Numbered from the stretch's first letter, positions 29,492 through 41,627 are shown. The stretch is 64,000 nt of DNA from Actinomycetota bacterium (GCA_013697295.1 JACCXF010000202.1:4027-68026); one strand, 5' to 3'. Notes: generated by a model from the letters alone, not told the origin. Numbers and translations are program-made.

Positions 29492-31141
29492 CTAGAACAT
29501 CGGGGGCTCGGTGTAGACGCCCCACTCCTCCTTCAGCGCCCGGACCATCTCGCCGAGGGTGACGTATGCCTTCGCGGCCTCGACGAGGGCCGGCACCGAA
29601 TTCCGCGACTCGTCCTGAGCCATGTCCCGCAACGCCTGGATGGCCGTCTGCGCCTTCTCCTCGTCGCGATTCGCGCGTACTTCGGCGACGTTCTTCTTCT
29701 GGCGTTCCTCGATCTCGGGGCCGATGATCAAGACGTCCGGCCCCTCCTGGACCGTCTGGGTGAACCGGTTGAGGCCGACGATGACCTTCTCGCCCTTCTC
29801 GAGGAGCCGCTGGTAGCGGAAGGCGGCATCCGCGATCTCTTGCTGGAAGTAACCTTGTTCGATGCCGGCGAGCATCCCGTCGAGGATCGAGCCGTTCCCC
29901 AGCTCGTCGATCTTGGCGAAGTACTCCTCGGCCGCCGCTTCGGTCCTGTCCGTGAGCTCCTCGACGAACCAGGATCCACCGAGTGGATCGATCACGTTTG
30001 TGACACCCGTCTCGTAACCGATGACCTGCTGGGTACGCAGCGCGATCTCGACGGCCTCTTCGGTTGGAAGGGCCAGCACCTCGTCGAGGGAATTCGTGTG
30101 CAGGGACTGCGTGCCACCGAGCACCGCGGCCAGCGCCTCGGTCGTGGTCCTCACGACGTTGTTGTAGGGCTGCTGTGCCGTGAGCGAGACGCCGGCGGTC
30201 TGGGTGTGGAACTTGAGCATCCACGACCGCTCCTTCTTGGCGCCGTAACGATCTTTCATCCAGCGAGCCCAGATGCGCCGCGCGGCCCTGAACTTGGCGA
30301 TCTCTTCGAAGAAGTCCACGTGCGAGTTGAAAAAGTACGACAGGCCGGGGGCGAAGTCATCGACGTCCAGCCCACGCCGTTGCCCGAGTTCCACGTGCGC
30401 GAAGCCGGAGGCAACCGTGAACGCGAGCTCCTGAACCGCCGTCGAGCCCGCCTCGCGTATGTGATAGCCCGAGATCGACAGCGGGTGGTACTTCGGCACG
30501 TCGGATACACAGAACTCCATCATGTCGGCGGTGAGCCGGAGATGTGGGTCCGGCGGGAACAGCCATTCCTTCTGTGCGATGTATTCCTTGAGGATGTCGG
30601 TCTGGCACGTGCCGCCCAACTTGGAGACATTGGTCCCCTGCTTCTCGGCGGCCGCGATATAGAACGCGAACAACATGGGGGCCGGTCCCGAGATCGTCAT
30701 CGACGTGGTGATCGCGCCGAGGTCTATGTCCTGAAAGAGGATCTCCATGTCGGCGAGGGAGTCGACGGCGACGCCGCAGCGTCCGACCTCGCCCTCGGAC
30801 TCGGGCTCGTCCGAATCCCGTCCCATGAGCGTCGGCATGTCGAAAGCGACCGACAGCCCCGTCTGGCCCTGGTCGAGCAGGAACTTGTAGCGTTCGTTCG
30901 TCTGACTCGGGGTCCCGAATCCCGAGAATTGCCGCATGGTCCACAGCCGTCCCCGGTACCCGGTCGGATAGATACCGCGCGTGAACGGATACTCCCCAGG
31001 CACGCCGATGACATCGACCGGATCGGGAGGCCCGTAGAGAGGCTCCACCTTCACACTGGACAACGTGTCGAAGTCGACGTCCTCACGAAGCGAGGCCGCC
31101 TTGTACCGCTCGCGCCACCGCCCAAGCAACTCGTCCGACAT
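29492..31141 (-). CDS. icmA: B12-dependent acyl-CoA mutase large subunit, isobutyryl-CoA mutase type
   Basis: WTMRQFSGFG (F, not Y), QTDILKEYIAQKE (Q, not R), GLSVAFD, SGYHIREAG, HTQT; no fused B12 domain. Confidence 0.8.
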   Translation of the reverse strand: MSDELLGRWRERYKAASLREDVDFDTLSSVKVEPLYGPPDPVDVIGVPGEYPFTRGIYPTGYRGRLWTMRQFSGFGTPSQTNERYKFLLDQGQTGLSVAFDMPTLMGRDSDEPESEGEVGRCGVAVDSLADMEILFQDIDLGAITTSMTISGPAPMLFAFYIAAAEKQGTNVSKLGGTCQTDILKEYIAQKEWLFPPDPHLRLTADMMEFCVSDVPKYHPLSISGYHIREAGSTAVQELAFTVASGFAHVELGQRRGLDVDDFAPGLSYFFNSHVDFFEEIAKFRAARRIWARWMKDRYGAKKERSWMLKFHTQTAGVSLTAQQPYNNVVRTTTEALAAVLGGTQSLHTNSLDEVLALPTEEAVEIALRTQQVIGYETGVTNVIDPLGGSWFVEELTDRTEAAAEEYFAKIDELGNGSILDGMLAGIEQGYFQQEIADAAFRYQRLLEKGEKVIVGLNRFTQTVQEGPDVLIIGPEIEERQKKNVAEVRANRDEEKAQTAIQALRDMAQDESRNSVPALVEAAKAYVTLGEMVRALKEEWGVYTEPPMF

Positions 31142-31176
31142 AACCCGAGTCTACCGGCGCCCACCAACGTCCCGGT

Positions 31177-31424
31177 GCGGAGAGCGAACGCAAGCCCGCC
31201 TACGTGGGTGACGTCTATCAGCCGTGACGGTGCGGCCCCCCAACTTGCGCGACCACCGTGATGGCGCCCGAGTCGACCAGCCGTTGGCGATGCGGCCACT
31301 GGGAGGGAGGACTTGCGCAGAAGCAGCCGCCTACGGCGTCTGCTTCGGAGCGGAGCGAGCGCAGCGAGCGGGGACGACCGGGGTGGGCGCAGCCGTCAAC
31401 GGCGGAGAGCGACCGCAAGCCCGC
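31177..31424. repeat. Intergenic element bounded by 23-bp direct repeats
   Basis: GCGGAGAGCGAACGCAAGCCCGC (31177-99) vs GCGGAGAGCGACCGCAAGCCCGC (31402-24). Confidence 0.6.
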
Positions 31425-31426
31425 GG

Positions 31427-32356
31427 CTACAGCGCGTCGACGAGGCGGTCGGCGGCCTGGTAGGGCGTGAGGCGGCGGGCGTGCACCTCGGTCGCCATCT
31501 CGGTGAGCAAGTCGGACGCCTTCGTGTCCAGCAGCTCTCGATAACGCGCGGCGACGATCTCGCGGAGCTCGCGTTCGATCCTGCGGCGGCGCCTCTTCTC
31601 GAGGAGGCCGTTCTGTTCCTGGTGAGCGCGGTGCCGGAGGGTCGCGTCCCATAGCTCGTCGATGCCTTCGCCCTTCACGGCGACGGTCTGGATGATCTCG
31701 GGCTTCCATGTCGCGACGGACAGATCGAGCATCTGCTTCAGCTCGCGCACGGTGTCGCGAGCGCCTTGCCGGTCCGCCTTATTCACAACAAAAACATCGG
31801 CGATCTCCATCAATCCCGCCTTGGCCGCCTGCACAGCGTCGCCCCAGCCGGGATTGACCACCACCAGCGTGGTGTCACACGCATCGGTGATCTCGACTTC
31901 GGCCTGGCCTACGCCGACGGTTTCGATGATCACGATGTCTTTGCCGACCGCATCGAGCACCCGGACGGCCTCGGGGGTCGCGAGGGAGATCCCGCCCAGA
32001 TGGCCGCGCGTCGCCATCGATCTGATGAAGACGTCGGGGTCCAGTGCATGCGATTGCATGCGCACCCGGTCGCCAAGAAGAGCCCCGCCCGAGAACGGGC
32101 TCGAGGGGTCGACCGCGAGAACACCGACCTTGTTGTCGTCACGACGAGCCCGCGCGACCAGACGCTCGGTAAGTGTCGACTTCCCCGCTCCCGGAGCCCC
32201 CGTTATCCCAATCGAATAGGCCCGACCGGTCAGAGGGTACAGCTCCTTCATGAGAGAGGCGACCTCGTCGCCGCCGTCCTCGACGGCCGAGATCAGGCGA
32301 GCGATGGCCCGGCGCTCACCGCCCCGGGCGCGCTCAACCAGGGAGCTGTCGTCCAA
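31427..32356 (-). CDS. meaB: Mutase-associated GTPase
   Basis: GAPGAGKST, AVDPSS..SGGALLGDR.RM, ETVGVGQ, NKAD. Confidence 0.95.
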   Translation of the reverse strand: MDDSSLVERARGGERRAIARLISAVEDGGDEVASLMKELYPLTGRAYSIGITGAPGAGKSTLTERLVARARRDDNKVGVLAVDPSSPFSGGALLGDRVRMQSHALDPDVFIRSMATRGHLGGISLATPEAVRVLDAVGKDIVIIETVGVGQAEVEITDACDTTLVVVNPGWGDAVQAAKAGLMEIADVFVVNKADRQGARDTVRELKQMLDLSVATWKPEIIQTVAVKGEGIDELWDATLRHRAHQEQNGLLEKRRRRRIERELREIVAARYRELLDTKASDLLTEMATEVHARRLTPYQAADRLVDAL

Positions 32357-32361
32357 GGGGA

Positions 32362-32601
32362 TCAGGCCTCTATCGCGATGACTTCTGTGACACCGGGAAC
32401 ACGCTCGCGCAGGATGCGCTCGACGCCTTGCTTGAGCGTCACCGGTGAGATCGGACAGGTCTCACAGGTTCCTAGAAGCTGAACCGTCACGGTGCCCCCG
32501 GAAACGCTTTCGAGCTTGATGTCGCCACCGTCCATCTGGATGGCTGGGCGGATCAACTCGAGTGCGGCCCTTACCTGTTCCTCCATGACGATTGTTTCCA
32601 T
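32362..32601 (-). CDS. NifU/Nfu C-terminal Fe-S carrier
   Basis: IRPAIQMDGGD, GTCETC, TLKQGVE. Confidence 0.9.
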   Translation of the reverse strand: METIVMEEQVRAALELIRPAIQMDGGDIKLESVSGGTVTVQLLGTCETCPISPVTLKQGVERILRERVPGVTEVIAIEA

Positions 32602-34274
32602 CGCAAGATTCTACTTCCTAGAACCACTACGAAGGCGGCGGCGAAAATGACCCCCAGCGCCCATAACCAGGGGAATCCCTCGTCCTCTGACCGATCGCTC
32701 GTCGCCTCCGGGCGATCGGTCGCTCCGGCGTCGGCCTCGGCGGGCTGCTCGACGAGGATCGTGATCGATTCACTGCTGCGCGCGTCCTTGCCTGTGGCCG
32801 CCGCCACTCGGACCTCGTAGCGGCCCGGTTCATCTGGGGCGGTCCAGGAGACGCGGCTCCTTCCCGCCGTCTTCACGGCGCCCTGCGCTCCGGTTCCGGG
32901 TTCATGTTGTGCCTCGACGACCGCGGGTCTGGAAAGCGCGATCGTTAGCCGCGCCTTGCGTCCGGCGATGACTCGCTCCGGTGCGTGGATGATGCCGACG
33001 CGAAGCGGAAGCCCATATCCCCGTGGAGTGTCGACGGCAACCGCCCCGGATCCCGCCCATCGGAAGGTCCAGTCCCCCAGTGCGTCGCGCACCAGGGTGC
33101 GCCCCCGACCGTCGACGATCCGGAAGGAACCGTTCACCGTCACGGCCTTTCGCCCCCACGCGACTCCGACGCTGAGCGCGCCCGGGTCCTCGACCTCGTC
33201 GACCTCAGTGCCCGTGTAGTAGTGGCGGAGGATGTCTTCATAGCCCTCACCGAGGCGCGCCATCCCGTGAGCCCCCCACTGAGACATGCCCACAGCGTGT
33301 CCCCAGCCGCGACCGGCGACCCGAACGATCTTCCTCTCGGTCCGGATCGTCAGGCGATTGGACGGCCACGTCTCAGGGAGCCGGCCCGTAGCCGTTAGTG
33401 CCAGCGACGGATACTTCGACGGAAACATCGCCGGGGCGACGTCGCGGATCACCTCCCTTGCTTCCTCTACGGTTCGCCTCAACCGTCCCTTGGATCCTCG
33501 GAAGATGATGTCCGGGTAGTGGAGCCCGGTGCGAGAGGGAACGCTCCGCACCTTGCGCAAGCGCCCTGCGGAACTCCACCATCCGGCGCGCTCGAGGATC
33601 GCTTGAAGGTCTTTCAGGGTGAACGACGTTCGCCATCGATAGAGAGGAGAACCCTTTTCCGTAGTGCTCGGGACCGAGACCAGGTACGGGTAGTCACCCT
33701 CGTCGGGGAAGGCATCCGAGTTATCGAGCGTCATCCCGCCGGTCGTGGATGAGTACCGGGCCAGGATCGGTTCGCCTTCGTACAGCACGGCCTCGCCGGC
33801 GGTGGCGCGTACCGCCTCGGTCCACCGGCGGCCGTCGGCCGACGTTGCTACGGCTGCACCCGAAAACACCTGGCATTCGATCGAAGCGCAGATATCGAAT
33901 CCGTAGACGGCGGCGCTTCCTCCCGGAGGCTTCGCCAGCGTCCACAACGCGTAGGTGCGGGCGGCGACGGCTTGCGCTTTCAACGCCTCTTCGGGCCAGT
34001 CGGTCGGCACCTCGTTGAGTCCGAGCAGGTAATCCTCCAGGCCCAATCGGTTCGTGACGACGATGCCGTCGCTCGCCGAATCCAGGCCGATCTGTCCGAA
34101 GTAGGGATTCAGGCCCGGAACGCCCAACGGATCCGAACGGTTCGGGATCACTCGAACCGGAGCCACGACGGCAGCCAGCTTCCGCTTGGCGATCGCCGGT
34201 TGGGGGACGGCGACGAGGGTGGCCAATGCAGCCAGTGCGGCGGCGCGCGCCGCCGTTCTCGGTCCGGGAGTCAT
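32571..34274 (-). CDS. SpoIID/LytB-domain lytic transglycosylase with C-terminal membrane anchor
   Basis: LEDYL.G..EVP..W..EALKAQAVAARTYA, GRGWGHAVGMSQWGA, ILRHYY; signal peptide and C-terminal TM. Confidence 0.88.
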   Translation of the reverse strand: MTPGPRTAARAAALAALATLVAVPQPAIAKRKLAAVVAPVRVIPNRSDPLGVPGLNPYFGQIGLDSASDGIVVTNRLGLEDYLLGLNEVPTDWPEEALKAQAVAARTYALWTLAKPPGGSAAVYGFDICASIECQVFSGAAVATSADGRRWTEAVRATAGEAVLYEGEPILARYSSTTGGMTLDNSDAFPDEGDYPYLVSVPSTTEKGSPLYRWRTSFTLKDLQAILERAGWWSSAGRLRKVRSVPSRTGLHYPDIIFRGSKGRLRRTVEEAREVIRDVAPAMFPSKYPSLALTATGRLPETWPSNRLTIRTERKIVRVAGRGWGHAVGMSQWGAHGMARLGEGYEDILRHYYTGTEVDEVEDPGALSVGVAWGRKAVTVNGSFRIVDGRGRTLVRDALGDWTFRWAGSGAVAVDTPRGYGLPLRVGIIHAPERVIAGRKARLTIALSRPAVVEAQHEPGTGAQGAVKTAGRSRVSWTAPDEPGRYEVRVAAATGKDARSSESITILVEQPAEADAGATDRPEATSDRSEDEGFPWLWALGVIFAAAFVVVLGSRILRWKQSSWRNR

Positions 34275-34317
34275 GCAGCGAGGGTAGGCGCAGAGGGCGG
34301 CTAACCGTTACAGAGGG

Positions 34318-35577
34318 TCACGCGTCGGTGACCGCGACCTCGATGTCCGCCCCCAGCCCGCGCAGCTTCTCGTCGAAGTCCTCGTATCCTCGGCCGATGT
34401 GGCCGGGGTCGTGGATCTCAGTACGACCCTGCGCGCACAACCCGCTCAGAACCAAAGCCGCGCCCGCCCTGATGTCGGGAACGCGCACGGGGGCCCCCGA
34501 CAGCTTCTCGACCCCCCGGATCACGGCATGGTGGCCCTCGACACGGATACGAGTACCCATGCGATTGAGCTCGTCGACGAAGATGAAGCGAGCTTCGAAG
34601 ACGTTCTCGGTGAGGATCGAAGAACCGTCCGACTGCGACAGGAGCACCATCATCATCGGCTGCAGGTCCGTTGGGAATCCAGGATAAGGAAGCGTGACCA
34701 GGTCAAGTGCGCTTGGCCTCCGGTGCATCGTCACCCTCACACCATCGTCCCCACGTTGTACCTCCGCTCCGACCTCCTCGAGCTTTTGTAGAGGCAGTTC
34801 GAGGTGGTCGGCGCGAGCCTCCTTCAGCAGTACATCACCCCTCGTGGCCACGGCCATCACGGCGAACGTTCCGGCCTCGATACGGTCTGGGATGATCTTG
34901 TGCTCGACAGAGGTCAGACGCTCCACTCCCTCCACCGCGATCGAGGGACTACCCGCTCCGTCGATACGCGCGCCTGCCGCATTGAGGAACTGAGCGAGAT
35001 CCTGGATCTCCGGCTCTCTGGCCGCGTTCTCGATCGTGGTCGTTCCCTCAGCCGTGACCGCGGACATCAGCAGGTTCTCGGTGGCGCCCACGGATGGAAA
35101 CTCGAGCAGCACGTTGACACCCCGCAACCGGTCGCACATGCCCTCGACATACCCGTGCTCGGCCTGGAACTTCGCCCCCATGCGTTCGAGGCCCGAGAGA
35201 TGAAGATCGATCGGGCGGGACCCGATCGCGTCGCCACCGGGCATCGCAACGCGTGCCCGGCCCAATCGCGCGAGAAGGGGGCCCAGCACCTGTATCGAGG
35301 CACGCATCTTCGTCACGAGCTCGTACGGGGTCTCTTCAGACAGTTCCCCCGAGGCGTCGATGACGAGGCGGTCGCCTTCGAACGACACGCCGGCGCCGAG
35401 TTGCTCCAGGACCTGCGCCATCAAGAAGACGTCGCGGATCCGAGGCACCCGCTCGAGGGTGACTTCGTCCGGGATCATCAAGGAGGCCACCATGAGCTTC
35501 AGCGTGGAGTTCTTAGCTCCACTGATCTGAACGTCCCCGGCGAGCCTGACGGGCCCCTTGATCACGTACTTCTTCAC
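34318..35577 (-). CDS. murA: UDP-N-acetylglucosamine 1-carboxyvinyltransferase (Asp-type)
   Basis: SGAKN, MRAS, PGGDAIGSRPIDLH, SVGATEN, PGFPTD; leaderless GTG after TAGGAT. Confidence 0.95.
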   Translation of the reverse strand: MKKYVIKGPVRLAGDVQISGAKNSTLKLMVASLMIPDEVTLERVPRIRDVFLMAQVLEQLGAGVSFEGDRLVIDASGELSEETPYELVTKMRASIQVLGPLLARLGRARVAMPGGDAIGSRPIDLHLSGLERMGAKFQAEHGYVEGMCDRLRGVNVLLEFPSVGATENLLMSAVTAEGTTTIENAAREPEIQDLAQFLNAAGARIDGAGSPSIAVEGVERLTSVEHKIIPDRIEAGTFAVMAVATRGDVLLKEARADHLELPLQKLEEVGAEVQRGDDGVRVTMHRRPSALDLVTLPYPGFPTDLQPMMMVLLSQSDGSSILTENVFEARFIFVDELNRMGTRIRVEGHHAVIRGVEKLSGAPVRVPDIRAGAALVLSGLCAQGRTEIHDPGHIGRGYEDFDEKLRGLGADIEVAVTDA

Positions 35578-35625
35578 GCCGAGCATCCTAAGCAACGACC
35601 CTGCCTCGCGGCGTACTCCCAACGA

Positions 35626-35651
35626 GAAAGGCCCCGGGCGATCCCGGGGCC
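35626..35651 (-). terminator. Intrinsic terminator after the basic protein gene
   Basis: GGCCCCGGG-CGAT-CCCGGGGCC stem, followed by TTTC on the minus strand. Confidence 0.65.
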
Positions 35652-35670
35652 CCTCCTGGTTGCTTGGCTG

Positions 35671-36534
35671 CTACCGCCTGCGGATCGTCTTCCGACGGCT
35701 CGCCGGCTTTCTACGAGCGGTGGATTTGGATCCGGTCGCCTTACGGCGCGTCCCGGTCGCCTTGCCTCGGGTGGACTTCCTAGCAGTGGACTTGCGTCCG
35801 GTGGTCTTCTTGCGACCCGTCGACTTGCGTCCGGTGGTCTTCTTACGGCCCGTCGACTTTCTGCGGGCGGCGCCCTTCCGACCAGCGGCCTTCCTGCGGG
35901 CCGTGGTTCGTTTCCTGGTCGCTGCGGCCTTCCGACCGGCGGCCCTGCGCGCCGTGGACTTGCGGCCCGTGGTCTTCTTGCGGCCCGTGGTCTTCTTGCG
36001 GCCCGTGGACTTCTTTCGAGCGGTTGCCTTCCCGCCCTTCCGCCCTGCGGCCTTCCTGCGGGCGGTGGTCCTCTTCCTGGTGGCGGCGGCCTTCCGACCA
36101 GCGGCCTTGCGCGCCGTGGACTTGCGCCCCGTCGTCTTCCGAGCGGTGGTCTTCTTGCGGCCCGTCGACTTCCGAGCTGTGGTCTTGCGGCCCGTCGTCT
36201 TCTTCCGGCCGGTCGTCTTCTTCCGGCCGGTCGACTTCCCAGCGGTGGACTTGCGTCCCGTGCTCTTCCTTCGGGCGGTGGTCTTTTTTCTGCCCGTGGT
36301 CTTCCTGCGTCCGGTCGAGCTAACACTCACTCCAGTTGGCTGCGGCACTCCAGTGCTTGGCTGCGTCACCGCCACCTCGGCGCCGGCCTCGGCCGCGGTG
36401 GCGACCAACCTTCGAGCTGCGGCGACCGCTCCAGAGTCTGCTGCTCCTGGAGCGACTACCCCTGCAGCGGCCCCGCCAACATTCGCAGCGAGGTCGCGCG
36501 CTCGTCCAACCACTCCCCGGTCAGAATCATCCAT
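35671..36534 (-). CDS. Arg/Lys-rich repeat protein (protamine/Hc2-like nucleoid protein)
   Basis: GGAGGAG SD; ~75-aa Ala-rich head, then ~210 aa of RKKTTG/RKSTG/RKAAG repeats. Confidence 0.75.
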   Translation of the reverse strand: MDDSDRGVVGRARDLAANVGGAAAGVVAPGAADSGAVAAARRLVATAAEAGAEVAVTQPSTGVPQPTGVSVSSTGRRKTTGRKKTTARRKSTGRKSTAGKSTGRKKTTGRKKTTGRKTTARKSTGRKKTTARKTTGRKSTARKAAGRKAAATRKRTTARRKAAGRKGGKATARKKSTGRKKTTGRKKTTGRKSTARRAAGRKAAATRKRTTARRKAAGRKGAARRKSTGRKKTTGRKSTGRKKTTGRKSTARKSTRGKATGTRRKATGSKSTARRKPASRRKTIRRR

Positions 36535-36765
36535 GCTTTCTCCTCCCCGTTGTCCGATAAGAACAACATCTACACACGCTAGGTGCCTTTTCCAACTTGT
36601 GCATGGTCAAACTTAGTCTGAAAGCGAAACGCATTGCAAGCAGAACTCGATGTTCGTGTCGATGAATGCGTTTTCAAGTTCGGGAGTGTGGGCACCGACG
36701 CGCTACTCGCGGATCGACCAGTCAGCTCGTCGGGGATCGCGTTGAGGAGATTCCAGAGAAAGAAG

Positions 36766-36975
36766 TTAGGTGCCCGACCCGGGATCGACGTCGAGGCGGG
36801 CTTCGATGAGCCAGAGGTTCCGCCGTACGCAGTCGGTACAGAGCGCAACTCTTCGCCCGTTGGCCTCGGGCATCTCTTCCCACCCGATCGGCACCAACCC
36901 GTGTTTGCGGGTCTCCGATGCGCCGCAGCCGGAGCAGTGGACCCGGTTCCTGAGGTTGCTCGGCGCCTCGGACAT
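36766..36975 (-). CDS. Small Zn-binding protein (CxxC...CxxC)
   Basis: CSGC, CTDCVRRNL.LIEARL; starts 14 nt after the atpC stop. Confidence 0.6.
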   Translation of the reverse strand: MSEAPSNLRNRVHCSGCGASETRKHGLVPIGWEEMPEANGRRVALCTDCVRRNLWLIEARLDVDPGSGT

Positions 36976-36989
36976 AAGAGCTGTTGGCC

Positions 36990-37400
36990 CTACTGCCCTT
37001 TGCTCTCCGCGATCTCTACGCGCGCCATCTCGACTCGCAGAGACGCCTCGACCCGCTGATCCGTGTCCTCATTCGACTCTCTCCGAGCCTCCTCGAGGCG
37101 TCTCTTGGCTTCGGACACGTCGATGTCGGCAGCGCGTTCGGCATCGTCGGCGAGAACGATGACGTGGTACTCGTCGCCTGAGCCGGAAGCTTCGAGGAAG
37201 CCTCCGGGCACGAAGTACTCGTCCCGATCGTTGTCCGACACCACGGTCAGTCTGCCCGGCACCAGAGCAGCCAGGAAGGGGATGTGTCCGCGCATGATGC
37301 CGAACTCACCTTCGGGAGAGCGCGCGATCACGAGCTCTGCCTCCCCCTCCCAGAGCTTCTCCTCGGGTGACACGATAGTGACGTCCATCTTCTCGGCCAC
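36990..37400 (-). CDS. atpC: ATP synthase epsilon
   Basis: IVSPE, GEFGIM.GH.P, GGFLE. Confidence 0.93.
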   Translation of the reverse strand: MAEKMDVTIVSPEEKLWEGEAELVIARSPEGEFGIMRGHIPFLAALVPGRLTVVSDNDRDEYFVPGGFLEASGSGDEYHVIVLADDAERAADIDVSEAKRRLEEARRESNEDTDQRVEASLRVEMARVEIAESKGQ

Positions 37401-37402
37401 GG

Positions 37403-39824
<2,422 letters not shown>

Positions 39825-39830
39825 CCCGGC

Positions 39831-41627
39831 CTAGCCTTCCTTTTGATCTTCGGGATCGTCGTCCTTGGAGTCGTCGTCCTTGGAGTCGTCGTCCTTGGAG
39901 GCTGCGGACTCCTTGGAGGCTGCGGACTCCTTGGAGTCGTCGTCAGAGTCGCCGTCATCTGAGGTGTCCTTCTCCTCTTGCTCCGCCTCCTGGCTGCTAG
40001 CGCTGGCGGCGTCTCCGCTCTCCGCGGCCGGGGTGTCGCTTGCCTCCGGGACGCCCTCTTCGGCAGCCACCGTTTCGACGGTGTCCACCTTCTCGGTGAA
40101 GGATGACTTGAACTCGTCGATTGCCTCACGAAGCCGGTTGTCGAGCTCCTCTTCGAGCTTGCCGCTCTCGCTGATGGCTTCTCCGATGTCGGAGTGGCGC
40201 GAGCGCATGTGGTCGAGCAAGCCTCGTTCGAAATCGGACACCGATTTGATCGGCAGGTCGTCCAAGAACCCGTTGGTGACGGCGAAGATGGAGATGACTT
40301 GATCCTCGATCGGATACGGCGTGTACTGCCGCTGCTTGAGGATCTCGACAACTCGGGCGCCCCGGTCGAGTTGGGCCTGCGATGCCTTGTCGAGATCGGA
40401 GCCGAACTCCGCGAAGGACTCGAGCTCGCGGAACTGTGCGAGGTCGAGGCGCAGCCTCCCGGCGACCTTCTTCATCGCTTTCGTCTGCGCGTTGCCACCG
40501 ACCCTCGACACCGAGATACCCACGTTGATCGCGGGCCTGACGCCCGAGAAGAAGAGGTCCGATTCGAGATAGATCTGACCGTCCGTGATCGAGATTACGT
40601 TCGTCGGGATGTAGGCGGAGACGTCCCCGCCCTTCGTCTCGATGAGGGGAAGGGCGGTCAGCGACCCTCCGCCGTTCTCGTCCGATAGCTTGGCGGCCCG
40701 CTCGAGCAGTCTCGAGTGGAGGTAGAAGACGTCGCCGGGATAAGCCTCGCGGCCCGGGGGCCGGCGGAGCAAAAGCGAAAGTTGCCGGTAGGCGATCGCC
40801 TGCTTGGAGAGGTCGTCGTACACGATCAGCGCGTGCTCGCCGTTCTCCATCCAGTCCTGTCCCATCGCGCAGCCCGAGTACGGGGCGAGGTACTGGAAGG
40901 GGGCGGGATCAGAAGCGGGTGCGTTGACTATGACCGTGTATTCGAGAGCGCCTGCTTCTTCGAGCGAAGCTACGACCTCGGCGACTGTCGATGCTTTCTG
41001 ACCGATGGCGACGTAGATACACTTCACCTGATCGTCGCCGCCCCATTCCCCGCGCTGGTTGATGATGGCGTCGATGGCGATCGCGGTCTTTCCCGTCTGA
41101 CGGTCGCCGATGATCAGCTGACGCTGTCCGCGCCCGATGGGGATCATCCCGTCGATGGCTTTGATGCCGGTCTGAAGAGGCTCGGTCACCGGCTGACGTG
41201 CGGTTACACCCGGGGCCTGGACCTCTAGGGGTCGTCGGGACTCCGACTTGATGGGGCCCTTGCCGTCCACCGGCTCGCCCAGAGCGTTCACCACGCGGCC
41301 GAGCATCCCGTCGCCGACGGGAACCGAGAGGATCTGGCCGGTCTGCTTGACCGGGCTCCCCTCCTCGATATGGGCGGCCTCGCCGAGGATGACGCAGCCG
41401 ATCTCGTCCTCTTCGAGGTTCATCGCTAGCCCGACGACGCCGCCTGGGAACTCGAGCATCTCGTTCGCCATCGCGCCCGGTAGGCCGGAGACGCGTGCGA
41501 TCCCGTCGCCCACCTCGTTGACGCGGCCAACCTCCTTGCGTTCGAGGCTCGGCTTGAAATCCGAGACGTGGCGGCGGAGGGCGGAAGAGATCTCCTCCGG
41601 TCTGATCGTGAGGTCGGTGTCTGCCAC
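39831..41627 (-). CDS. atpA: ATP synthase alpha with long acidic C-terminal extension
   Basis: [25 protein letters not shown]; tail rich in D/E/S/A. Confidence 0.97.
   Translation of the reverse strand: MADTDLTIRPEEISSALRRHVSDFKPSLERKEVGRVNEVGDGIARVSGLPGAMANEMLEFPGGVVGLAMNLEEDEIGCVILGEAAHIEEGSPVKQTGQILSVPVGDGMLGRVVNALGEPVDGKGPIKSESRRPLEVQAPGVTARQPVTEPLQTGIKAIDGMIPIGRGQRQLIIGDRQTGKTAIAIDAIINQRGEWGGDDQVKCIYVAIGQKASTVAEVVASLEEAGALEYTVIVNAPASDPAPFQYLAPYSGCAMGQDWMENGEHALIVYDDLSKQAIAYRQLSLLLRRPPGREAYPGDVFYLHSRLLERAAKLSDENGGGSLTALPLIETKGGDVSAYIPTNVISITDGQIYLESDLFFSGVRPAINVGISVSRVGGNAQTKAMKKVAGRLRLDLAQFRELESFAEFGSDLDKASQAQLDRGARVVEILKQRQYTPYPIEDQVISIFAVTNGFLDDLPIKSVSDFERGLLDHMRSRHSDIGEAISESGKLEEELDNRLREAIDEFKSSFTEKVDTVETVAAEEGVPEASDTPAAESGDAASASSQEAEQEEKDTSDDGDSDDDSKESAASKESAASKDDDSKDDDSKDDDPEDQKEG

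Noticed and set aside
29285..31261. 658-aa plus-strand ORF (and similar ones opposite gdhA, ligA, mnmA and atpB)
   Set aside because: GC-rich antisense artefacts opposite well-identified genes; no motifs.
31230..31330. Cobalamin riboswitch near icmA/meaB (GCCACTGGGAGGGAGG)
   Set aside because: Wrong strand for the mutase and lacks the other conserved riboswitch elements.
34804..36616. Long plus-strand ORFs with RPVVFL/LAARGL repeats
   Set aside because: Antisense shadows of murA and the Arg/Lys repeat gene; the minus frame has the SD and terminator.
36642..36656. LexA box-like GAAC...GTTC
   Set aside because: Spacer is 5 nt rather than 4, and the flanks do not match TCGAAC-N4-GTTCGA.
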